A stretch of DNA of 21,937 nt, counting the filler, from Basidiobolus ranarum (Eukaryota), in assembly GCA_040143965.1 (NCBI GenBank). It is 20 parts of 20 records of this genome, joined end to end, with 100 filler letters (N's around TTAATTAATTAA, not from the genome) between each part and the next. Parts side by side here need not be neighbours in the genome. Positions count along the whole stretch, not along the records: positions 1 to 1,004 come from JASJQH010013733.1; positions 1,105 to 2,108 come from JASJQH010013734.1; positions 2,209 to 3,212 come from JASJQH010013735.1; positions 3,313 to 4,316 come from JASJQH010013736.1; positions 4,417 to 5,419 come from JASJQH010013737.1; positions 5,520 to 6,522 come from JASJQH010013738.1; positions 6,623 to 7,624 come from JASJQH010013739.1; positions 7,725 to 8,726 come from JASJQH010013740.1; 12 more parts are not named here. One strand, given 5' to 3'. The position numbers and the translations under genes were made by a program. Every line of letters begins with the position of its first letter. Within the stretch, counting starts at the first letter, position 1. The notes under the pieces are model-generated. The model made no database searches and was not told where the DNA came from. It saw only the letters and a program-made list of their open reading frames with translations. This document shows positions 1 to 8,826 of this stretch, piece by piece.

Positions 1-1004
1 TTCATCGAAGACTTGAGACGTGAGTTTGTTGAAGAACTCATCTTCCCTGCTGTCCAAGCCAACACTATCTACGAAGGAGTGTACTTGTTGGGCACATCTC
101 TTGCTCGCCCTGTCATTGCTCGTCGTCAGATTGAACTTGCCAAACAAGAAGGCTGCACTCATGTATCCCATGGATGTACCGGAAAGGGCAATGACCAAGT
201 CCGCTTCGAGCTTGCTTACTATGCTCTCCAACCTGACATCAAGGTTGTCGCTCCATGGAGAATCCCCGAGTTCTTCACTCGCTTCCCTGGTCGTGCCAGT
301 CTATTGGAGTATGCTGCTGAGAAGGGAGTTCCTGTCGTCCAGACTGCCGCTAAGCCTTGGTCTACTGATGAGAACTTGTACCACATCTCCTACGAGGCTG
401 GTATCCTCGAGGACCCTAGCATCACCCCACCCAGAGATATGTGGAAGCTCACTGTTGACCCAGAAGATGCTCCCAACACCCCTGAACGCATCTCCATCAA
501 GTTTGAGAAGGGTAAGCCAGTCGAGGTGAAGAATCACAATGACAACACTGTGGTCACTGACTCACTCGAGCTCTTCACCTACCTCAACACCCTCGGTCGT
601 CGCAACGGTATTGGACGTGTTGACATTGTCGAGAATCGTTTCATCGGGATTAAGAGCCGTGGATGTTACGAGACTCCTGGTGGCACCATTCTTCGTGCAG
701 CCCACATTGATATCGAAGGATTGACTCTTGATCGTCAAGTCAGAGCTTTCCGTGATGAGAGTGTGACCCCCGCTCTTTCCAATTTGTTGTACAATGGAAT
801 GTACTTCTCACCCGAGAGCACCTACATCCTCTCCACTGTTGAAGCATCCCAAGTATCAGTTAATGGTGTGGTCAACCTCAAGTTGTACAAGGGTAATGTA
901 GTGGTTGAAGGTCGTTACAGTGAGACTGAGAAGCTCTACGATATGGAGGAGAGCTCCATGGATGTCCAAGGAGGATTCAGTCCTGAGGACTCTGAAGGCT
1001 TCAT
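1..1004 (+). CDS. ARG1: Argininosuccinate synthase, partial at both ends (contig 1)
   Basis: Open frame from base 1 (FIEDLRREFVEE...) to the contig end with no intron. It carries the ASS motifs YLLGTSLARP, SHGCTGKGNDQVRFE, WSTDENLYHISYEAGILE and VENRFIGIKSRGCYETPG, in a eukaryotic/fungal-type sequence. Confidence 0.97.
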
Positions 1005-1104
1005 NNNNNNNNNNNNNNNNNNNNNNNNNNNNNNNNNNNNNNNNNNNNTTAATTAATTAANNNNNNNNNNNNNNNNNNNNNNNNNNNNNNNNNNNNNNNN
1101 NNNN
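1005..1104. other. Artificial contig-joining linker N44-TTAATTAATTAA-N44 (first of 19)
   Basis: Identical 100-bp spacers start at 1005, 2109, 3213, 4317, 5420, 6523, 7625, 8727, 9829, 10931, 12033, 13134, 14235, 15336, 16437, 17538, 18638, 19738 and 20838. The 12-mer puts stops in all six frames. Contig lengths fall monotonically from 1004 to 1000. Confidence 0.99.
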
Positions 1105-1326
1105 TCCGTCCAAGCCACCATGTACCGTATGGCTGAGTTGATCTTGAAGCGATTCCCTGAAGTCAAGGATGTTCACTATGCCCTTCCTAACAGTCATCAC
1201 TTCACCACCAATCTCGCACCATTTAAGCTTTCCAACTCTAGTCAAGAAATGACTATCTTCTCACCCATCACTGATTTCTCAGGTTATATTACCGCAACTA
1301 TTGGTCGTTCTAATAGCCGTATTTAA
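1105..1326 (+). CDS. uaZ: Urate oxidase (uricase) copy A, C-terminal part; ends in PTS1-like SRI
   Basis: Translates from the contig start as SVQATMYRMAELILKRFPEVKDVHYALPNSHHF...SGYITATIGRSNSRI*. This matches the fungal uricase C-terminus (SVQATMY, LPNxH, GxIxxTxxR). Confidence 0.92.
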   Translation, partial: SVQATMYRMAELILKRFPEVKDVHYALPNSHHFTTNLAPFKLSNSSQEMTIFSPITDFSGYITATIGRSNSRI

Positions 1327-2001
1327 TTTCGATTCCCCTATACATACTGTATCGGTAAATGCCACCACTTTGCATAGGGAATTTCAGTCGTACCACCGTA
1401 AAATTTGTAATGAACTACTACTTGAATATCAAGAAATAAACCAGGTTTTGTTAGTTTCAGAAGCTTTTAAGAATATGAGTATTAAGACGAGTCGTCATCG
1501 GAGTTTGCGATATTCTATTTTAGTGTTATGGAGGAAACTCATTGAAAGTGATAACTGAATAATAGTCTGAAATTGAGCTTATTGATGGCTTTGAAGTTAT
1601 TAAAGAAGGTATATCATATATTAAGAATGTAGAGAGATGGAAACAATTCCCACAACTAAAAATGTCAAAAACATTATTATATTGGAGGATGGATATTTAG
1701 TACTGAAGATAAGATTAGACCTATCATCGGAGATGCAATTCTAACTGATAGATCTGTGACTACCTAATAGATATTGCTAAATAATATAATATAAATTTGG
1801 AACACCCAAGAGCAGATCATAAAGGTTGTGCTGGAACTTAATTCATATGCTAAGAGCAGCTATATCTGCAAGAATTATCATAATAATTAGTGCCTCTGCC
1901 TATAAATGTTTTCTCAAGATTCCACATTTATTTTATATAGTATTTAAGATTATTGCCAACTACGATATGCCAGTTTTATTCTTATATTGGTAAATAGAAG
2001 A

Positions 2002-2108
2002 TTAGCGGCGAGCAATGGTAGCAGTGATATAGCCTGATGGGTCACTGACAGGTTGGAAGATGTTCATATCCTTGCCTTCATTGGAGAGGTTGAAGGGTTT
2101 GAGGTTGA
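2002..2108 (-). CDS. uaZ: Urate oxidase (uricase) copy B, C-terminal 34 aa; convergent with copy A, no PTS1
   Basis: The reverse strand reads NLKPFNLSNEGKDMNIFQPVSDPSGYITATIARR* (stop at 2002-2004). It aligns without gaps to the end of copy A at 21/34 identity and is too short for the ORF track. Confidence 0.88.
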
Positions 2109-2208
2109 NNNNNNNNNNNNNNNNNNNNNNNNNNNNNNNNNNNNNNNNNNNNTTAATTAATTAANNNNNNNNNNNNNNNNNNNNNNNNNNNNNNNNNNNN
2201 NNNNNNNN

Positions 2209-3212
2209 GGATACTCTCTCTGCTGATCCCAACCTCTTTTGCAGGCCTCCTGTACATCTAGCCATCATGGCCTTCTTTGCAGCTATCAAGAGACAAGCAC
2301 CCTCCCAAGATATTGCCTACTTCCTCAAGGAGCATGCCATACAGTTACTATCTGACTTTTCTGATGCTCCATTCAACAAGCTTTGGGATGATGCTGGTCC
2401 TTTGGAAAGAGCCCCAGTAGAAGCTGCTCAACCCACCAATTGACTACATGATATTCTGTACCTAAACTGCCATAGTATCTGTCTGACAGCATCCAATATC
2501 AGAAAGCTTCTTGGCACCTACAGCTTGCTCTTACTTCTAGATGTCAAACTCAAAGAAACAGCAAGTCCTACATATCATGTATATTATTCCAAACATCCTC
2601 TACATCATGCTCACTCCATTGCCATAATTTCCAAAGATATCCATGTGCTACATATGGTGTCAGTTCTCACACCTTATTACTCACTGGCTGTACAGCTTCC
2701 AACAGTTACTCTGCTTCTATCCTATCTTCCACCATCTTTGCCACTGCAACTAGTAACAGATGTTACTCTCAACATTACAAGCTTCTTAAAGGCTACCTCA
2801 CAACCCTGCATCTTCTTTGGAGACATCAATATCCCACATCAAGAGAACCACACTTCAATTGCAGCTGATCAACTCCCCAAAGCCAAGCATCTTTACTCCT
2901 TTATGAGAAAGTCCTACCTGATATCAGTCATACCAGTTTCAAATGACAGAGTTGTTGACTGGATATCAGCTTCTCCTGCTGCTTTGAGGATGATTCTGGA
3001 TGTCTCTATTATTGCAGAAACCAAGAGTCTTGGTAAACTTGCAAATTCTGACCACCTGCCATACCATATAGTTCTGTCACCACTTCTCAGCAGATCTATT
3101 CACCCACTTCAAACACTCCCAGCCAAGGCCTCAGAAGATCAAATCAAGGACTTCAGCAACTACCTGGCCTTAGCCTGCTTGAATCCTGTGTGCTTTGTTG
3201 TCTTTTACTTTG
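2209..3212 (+). mobile_element. Non-LTR retrotransposon (LINE)-type APE/EEP endonuclease region with upstream in-frame ORF
   Basis: The frame starting at 2210 is open across the contig except for a TGA at 2441-2443. After it come EEP motifs ILYLNCHSI (LNxR-like), IFFGDINIPH (GDxN), VVDWISAS and NSDHLPY (SDH). I found no CpG in the contig, as in the other TE contigs. Confidence 0.72.
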
Positions 3213-3510
3213 NNNNNNNNNNNNNNNNNNNNNNNNNNNNNNNNNNNNNNNNNNNNTTAATTAATTAANNNNNNNNNNNNNNNNNNNNNNNNNNNNNNNN
3301 NNNNNNNNNNNNGATTCTACTTATGGCGGTTGACGAGTTTGTGAACCAGTGTGTCTCCAGCCTGTAGTACTATTGGGGTTATTATAATGGAATTACAGCG
3401 TACTATTGAATATCTATAGATACCATCATAGGAGTTAAGAGCCCCAAGATTCGATAATGGAGATGAATGCTCCTTCAAAGAGTAGAAAGTAGTCATGAAT
3501 TGAGGTTCAT

Positions 3511-3532
3511 CAACTAGTGTTCACACTAGTTG
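3511..3532. repeat. Perfect 10-bp inverted repeat with 2-nt spacer
   Basis: CAACTAGTGT-TC-ACACTAGTTG. Confidence 0.85.
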
Positions 3533-3900
3533 CCCATCATGCATCATAAGAATGCTTGACCTCGGTGCTAGAGTGGTAATTTTTTACACCACTCACGATG
3601 GTAATTTTATCACATTATGCTATCTCATTATGATGTAAAAGTGAGTTAGACTAAAATGGTCAGATTGTTCCCATACATCCGAGAATAACTAGTATAATAG
3701 ATCACAAGATACATCTTCTCTAGTACAATAGAGGTAAGATAGCGATTATAGTACTACTCCAACTTCTAGTCATTGGCATAGATGCTTCATGGAATTCACA
3801 TAAACATACGAATAGAAAATCCAATTTTATCAAACATTCCTTTATTCAGTATCGATTGCTGCTACATCGAATGATGGTCCACCAATACTCCATTGACTGA

Positions 3901-3960
3901 TGCTGGAAGGTTCAAGATTAAACTCTCTGCTGGAAGGTTCAAGATTAAACTCTCTGCTGG
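3901..3960. repeat. 27-bp tandem duplication
   Basis: TGCTGGAAGGTTCAAGATTAAACTCTC twice (3901-3927, 3928-3954) plus TGCTGG. Confidence 0.95.
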
Positions 3961-3977
3961 ATATAATTGCGCAATGC

Positions 3978-4031
3978 GAACAATCTCCATCCACAACAAG
4001 TTGAGAACAATCTCCATCCACAACAAGTTGA
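3978..4031. repeat. Second, unrelated 27-bp tandem duplication
   Basis: GAACAATCTCCATCCACAACAAGTTGA twice (3978-4004, 4005-4031). Confidence 0.95.
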
Positions 4032-4416
4032 GCAGGGAGCTTTGAGCCGGATACTTCGGTGGAGAACCTTCTTCGAGATATCGACAAGCTGAAGACTGAA
4101 TAGCATAAATGTCGGATAATGGCTCCAGAGTGTAGTGGATATTTGTATACTGAATTTCAAATTGGGAGGGGTTTTTTGTAAGATACTATTGAATGAGAGA
4201 CACAATGGATTTGTATTTTACAGACTCTTACTATGTTTCGACTGGCATCGACAGTGCCAGAATATTGCCATGTCAGGTGTATCGAGTTTACAATTTATTC
4301 CTCAATAGCCACCAAANNNNNNNNNNNNNNNNNNNNNNNNNNNNNNNNNNNNNNNNNNNNTTAATTAATTAANNNNNNNNNNNNNNNNNNNNNNNNNNNN
4401 NNNNNNNNNNNNNNNN

Positions 4417-5419
4417 TTTGGCTTTCACCAGTGATCTGTAAAACCTGAAGTCATGTACTGTTTGCACACAATTGGCAATCACTGAATCAGGTAACTAGTG
4501 CTCATATTTGGCTTACATACCATTGATTCCCCATCTTGAAGTTTCAATGCAATCACAAAAATATATATCATTGATCCAGTACTAAAGTACTCACCATAAA
4601 GCTGATGGTGTTGCCAATATACTTGATGGATATCACTACCAAAACCTGAAAAGTCAAGGTTTATTTGAGAACACATACGATCAGGGATTTGCATTGGCTC
4701 TGGATGGTTTCTTGCTAAGCAAATACACATTGGAAAAGCGTGCTGGCCAATAATTTTAATTAATGTGAATCTTGCTCCTTCTGAATGTTATAGGAGTTAT
4801 AATATTTTGTTACTATCCATCATATCTGGACCAAAATCACCAGTGCTTATAGATAGCTTCTTGGAGACTTTAATTACAAAATTTGAATGGTTATCAAATG
4901 GAGTTCAGATGGGTGAATACTTTATTGAAGCTAATATCACTGTATGTATTGGTGACACTCCTGCCATCAGGAAACTTCAAGGTTTTTGCAGGCACAATGC
5001 ACTATCTTGCTGTAGATTTTGTCAAATCAATGAAGTTTACTCTATCAGGCATATGCATAACTACTATCCATATACAACACTAAACTCCATGATTTTACTA
5101 TCAAGAGCCCATTCAAATTTCAACATGATCACTGATATCAATTTACCAAATAGTCAGTCTAACATCAAACTTGGTATTAGCTGTAAGCCTAAGATTATAT
5201 TGCTAAAGGGGAACAGCTGGAGCTGGAGCTTCCCATTAGGTACTATGCACTTACTATTCAACAACTTTCCAATACTACTTACTCCGATGTAGTGGAAAAT
5301 TCAATATGAATGAGCCATTTGAGTTAGGTTCAAAGTTAGAATTGGTTGAGAAAATGCTTGAAAACATCAAGATACCATTGTATATTACCAGGACTCCCAT
5401 CATAAATATCCACTGATAT
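4417..5419 (+). pseudogene. CACTA/CMC-EnSpm-type transposase (Transposase_21 core), decayed
   Basis: With stops and frameshifts: LAFT..LKSC, LAYIPLIPHL, LALDGF, CWPIILINVNLAPSECY, IISGPKSP..DSFL, GDTPAIRKLQGFCRHNA..CRFC, MHLLFNN. These are the typical motifs in the typical order for fungal Transposase_21. Confidence 0.85.
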
Positions 5420-5519
5420 NNNNNNNNNNNNNNNNNNNNNNNNNNNNNNNNNNNNNNNNNNNNTTAATTAATTAANNNNNNNNNNNNNNNNNNNNNNNNN
5501 NNNNNNNNNNNNNNNNNNN

Positions 5520-5839
5520 GTAGCCATTTTGGAAGTTGATGGTCTTGATGGTGTTTTGGTTGAACTTTGCTCAACTATTGATTTACTACGCAATTGGGGG
5601 ATTACAATCTCTTCACTTGCACCATTGCTGGAAAGGAACACATCTGGTAAATTGATTAATGCATCATCATTACTTGAGTTAGTTTCCGGCATGTTAATGC
5701 CTTCCCAAGTGGATAGTCGATTGCTAGACTGCTCATCAATTAAGTCCTCTGTTCTTGCTGGTATTTTTCCTTTTGTGCCAGCAGGCTTTGGCTTGGAAGC
5801 CAATTTTAACTTTGATTTTCAACGATTTTTTAATGGCAT
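5520..5839 (-). pseudogene. ORF-L: K/S-rich ORF divergent from the CACTA transposase start (copy 1)
   Basis: MPLKNR*KSKLKLASKPKPAGTKGKIPARTEDLIDEQSS... is homologous to 6623-6872 and runs off the contig. Function is unknown. Confidence 0.55.
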
Positions 5840-5896
5840 TGAAATTTTCAGATGGTAAACTTGGTGTAATGAAATTGCTTAGAAACAGCTTATAAT

Positions 5897-6077
5897 GGAC
5901 TTGTTCTCTGTGATAGTGCCAGATTGTGCTGTATACATCATATTTGATAAAGTATTCTAAAATTTATGCAGCACAATTTGGCACTATCCATCACCCTCTG
6001 GCATGATCAATTTCAAACACATTGACTCTATTATATTGATTGAAAGTCTGATAAATCCTGCACAATGTAACAAGTCC
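5897..6077. mobile_element. 181-bp MITE-like insertion, TIR GGACTTGTT...AACAAGTCC, 3-bp TSD AAT
   Basis: Flanked by AAT at 5894-5896 and 6078-6080. The paralogous site in contig 7 is empty with a single AAT (6927-6929). There is an internal 24-bp inverted repeat (5912-5935 / 5965-5988, 22/24 match). Confidence 0.85.
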
Positions 6078-6234
6078 AATACACCAAAATTGCCATCCAT
6101 TGCCAGAAATATCTTGGAAACCCCTGATGACTCATCTGTGATACCTTCCCAGAATTAGCTGATGATATTGATGGGCTATACCTAAAATACCACCCTTACA
6201 TGGGAGGTGTTTTTTTTTCTACAATATCCTTCTC

Positions 6235-6522
6235 ATGCCGCAACACAAATGTTTAAAGAAGCCCTGCTATTATTGTCACAAATTCTGGTGCTATGAAAGC
6301 CAGAGGCTTCATAGAAAAAATAATCGCAAGCATGGTCACTGTACAAAGCCACCAGCGGCACAGCTTTGATTATTGAGGAGTGGAGAGTTCAATCCAATCT
6401 TAGCAACCAGGTGTTTATTGGTTTTCTTACACTTTTACCGCAGTTGATTGGCAACTGTTGCTTGCCACAGACCTGGTACAAGTGGAAAACACTTGTCAAT
6501 TGTATGACTTATAATCCTTCAG
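6235..6522 (+). pseudogene. CACTA transposase N-terminal region (copy with about 345-bp internal deletion)
   Basis: MPQHK...PCYYCHK joined directly to ALIIEEWRVQSNLSNQVFIGFLTLLPQLIGNCCLPQTWYKWKTL. The latter resembles the helix/LPxTxY segment that precedes Transposase_21. The segment matching 7211-7555 is absent. Confidence 0.6.
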
Positions 6523-6622
6523 NNNNNNNNNNNNNNNNNNNNNNNNNNNNNNNNNNNNNNNNNNNNTTAATTAATTAANNNNNNNNNNNNNNNNNNNNNN
6601 NNNNNNNNNNNNNNNNNNNNNN

Positions 6623-6872
6623 GTAATTGGGGGATTACAACCTCTTCACTTGCACTATTGCTGGAAAGGAACACATCTGGTAAATTGATTAATGCTTCAT
6701 CATTACTTGAGTTAGTTTCCAGCATGTTAATGACTTCCAAAGTGGATAGTGGATTGCTAGAGTGCTCATCAATTAAGTTCTCTGTTCTTGCTGGTTTTTT
6801 TCCTTTTGTGCCAGCAGGCTTTGGCTTGGAAGCTGATTTTGACTTAGATTTTGAGTGCTTTTTGAATGGCAT
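6623..6872 (-). pseudogene. ORF-L copy 2 (5' part)
   Basis: MPFKKHSKSKSKSASKPKPAGTKGKKPARTENLIDEHSS... is open to the contig end and homologous to 5520-5839. Confidence 0.55.
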
Positions 6873-7083
6873 TGAAATTTTCAGATGGTAAACTTGGTGT
6901 ATTGAAATTGCTTAGAAACAGCTTATAATAAACTAAAATTGCCATCCATTACCGGAAATATCTTGTAAATCCCCTCATGACTCATCTGTGACACTGTCTC
7001 AGAATCAGCTGATGATATTGATGGGCTAAACCTAAAGTCCACCCTTATGTGGGAGGTGTTCTTTTTTCTACAATATCCTTCTC

Positions 7084-7624
7084 ATGCCACAACACAAACA
7101 TTTAAAGAAGCCCTGCTATTATTGTCACAAAATCTTGTGCTATGAAAGCTGGAGGCTTCAGAGAAAAAATAATCACAAGCACAGTCACTGTACAAAGCTA
7201 CCAGCTCCACAAAGCCTGGTGTATAACAACAGTAATAAGTGTACTAAATCAACTTTAGTTTTGCCTATTGAGTCCACTGACTGTAGTTTGCCTCAAAGTT
7301 TTGGTAACACTTCTAAAAGTCAAGATACCATGGAGTTACCACAGTTATATGACCCAAATGATGTAGGTCAAAATGCAACTTTGGTTGAACCAGTTAGTCA
7401 GACAACTTTGAGGGCTTGCTGCTAGATGTTGACCTTGGTTATTCCAGTACCAATGGTAGTATATCAGAAGTTGAAGAAGAAGATGGCGGTTTTGTTACAG
7501 ACTCTTTGATAGCAGCAAACATTAGTTCACTCATAATACTTACAGTAAAGGAAGCAGCTTTGATTATTGAGGAGTGGAGAGTTCAATCCAATCTTAGCAA
7601 CTAGGTGTTTATTGGTTTTCTTAC
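7084..7624 (+). pseudogene. CACTA transposase N-terminal region (CxxC...H zinc-finger-like start, acidic linker)
   Basis: MPQHKHLKKPCYYCHKILCYESWRLQRKNNHKHSHC, an acidic tract EVEEEDGG, then EEWRVQSNLSN*VFIGFL. It has one frameshift near 7416-7425 and a TAG where contig 6 has CAG. Confidence 0.6.
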
Positions 7625-7724
7625 NNNNNNNNNNNNNNNNNNNNNNNNNNNNNNNNNNNNNNNNNNNNTTAATTAATTAANNNNNNNNNNNNNNNNNNNN
7701 NNNNNNNNNNNNNNNNNNNNNNNN

Positions 7725-7905
7725 ATAGTTTTGCATTGTTTTTTTCTCCTACAACAGTGTCCCAAAGTCCTTTTTCTTGCAGCAGCATTTTCATTTTAAT
7801 TTTCCAAACTTGATAATTGGTTCCATCCAATTTTTTAGAAGAAGCAAAAGTTCCATAAATTTGAGAAGTAGACATTACAGAGAATGCAGGCTTGGGGCTC
7901 ATCAT
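7725..7905 (-). mobile_element. Ty1/copia gag N-terminus
   Basis: KLDGTNYQVWKIKMKMLLQEKGLWDTVVG is the standard copia gag N-terminal motif (LxGxNYxxW...LW). It lies directly after LTR-A and the PBS. Confidence 0.88.
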
Positions 7906-7906
7906 C
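7895..7906 (-). promoter_or_regulatory. Primer-binding site of the LTR-A copia element
   Basis: GATGATGAGCCC immediately follows the LTR-terminal CA. It resembles the GGTTATG(G/A)GCCC internal tRNA-iMet-type PBS of copia elements. Confidence 0.6.
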
Positions 7907-8254
7907 TGTTAAAGTATTTGGGAGCCTGTTGGAAGTGGTTTGGAGAATTAGAGGAATTAGTGGTTTTCACTTATAGATTTATTGAGTAGAAAGTTGACAT
8001 TTATAGTTTTGTCCAGATGTAAGCAAACTAACATGTAGAATGTGTTAAGGAAGGTCCCAGGAACATGTGTGCAAAGTTTGGGGCTTCTAGCACAAGTTTG
8101 AAAAATCTCCATATCTGAGAACTTCTAAGTTGGTAAAAATATTCTAAGTAAATTCCAATCAAAGATAATTGATAATATCCTAGTGAATTATAAGAAAACT
8201 AAGTACTAAGCTATATATGACTATATAGGTGTTTAGGCAATGCTAATTTAAACA
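7907..8254 (-). mobile_element. Copia 5' LTR, family LTR-A (348 bp)
   Basis: TGTTTAAATTAGCATTGCC...CTTTAACA, with TG...CA ends. It is homologous to 13812-14128 and 20938-21164 and is followed by the PBS and gag. Confidence 0.88.
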
Positions 8255-8726
8255 GTTAGTGCATTGTGTCTGCAAAAGCCTCCAAGCTTACTGATGGCAG
8301 GAGTGTCACCAATACATACAATGATATTTGCTTTAATAAAATATTTACCCATCTGAACCCCAGTAGATAACCATTCAAATTCTGCAATCAAAGGCTACAA
8401 GAAGCTATCTATAAGCACTGGTGATTTAGGTCCAGATATGATGGATATTTTCAAAATATTATGACTCTTGTACTGTTCAGAAGGAGGAAGATTTAAGTTG
8501 ATTAAAATAATTGGCCAGCAAGCCTTTCCAATGGTATATTTGTTTAGTGAGAAACCATCCAGAGCCAACTCAAATGCATGATCATACGTGTTCTCAAAGA
8601 AACCTTGACTTTTCAGATTCTGGTAGTGATATCCATCAAGTATATTGGTAATAAAATCAGCTTTACGGTGAGCACTTTGGTATTGGATCAACAATCTATA
8701 TTTGGGTGATTTCATCAAAACTTTAA
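8255..8726 (-). pseudogene. CACTA Transposase_21 core, interrupted by the LTR-A copia insertion
   Basis: ILDGYHYQNLKSQG..LALDGF..CWPIILINLNLPPSEQY..ISGPKSPVLIDSFL*PL...GDTPAISKLGGFCRHNAL, then the LTR. Same family as contig 5. Confidence 0.85.
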
Positions 8727-8826
8727 NNNNNNNNNNNNNNNNNNNNNNNNNNNNNNNNNNNNNNNNNNNNTTAATTAATTAANNNNNNNNNNNNNNNNNN
8801 NNNNNNNNNNNNNNNNNNNNNNNNNN

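Noticed and set aside
20-724. ORFs 20-529 (+), 301-537 (-) and 539-724 (+)
   Set aside because: These are shadow frames of the ARG1 coding sequence with no recognisable motifs.
1301-1558. 85-aa ORF overlapping the uricase A end
   Set aside because: It has a non-ATG start, lies in AT-rich 3' flank and shows no motif.
1960-2004. Cryptic PTS1 for uricase B by stop readthrough
   Set aside because: The stop is TAA-TCT, not a TGA-CTA context, and the extension ends in GIS*. Alternative splicing cannot be excluded.
1-2108. Nitrogen-metabolism cluster of ARG1 next to uricase
   Set aside because: The genes are on different contigs joined only by an artificial linker and size sorting.
2525-3212. Host EEP-family nuclease or phosphatase gene
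   Set aside because: Total CpG loss, decayed motifs and the frame continuing past SDH fit a LINE pol better. A host gene is not fully excluded because no RT is visible.
5529-6891. Plus-strand ORFs 5529-5858 and 6658-6891
   Set aside because: They are probably antisense shadows of ORF-L, which has a conserved ATG in both copies. These ORFs have non-ATG starts.
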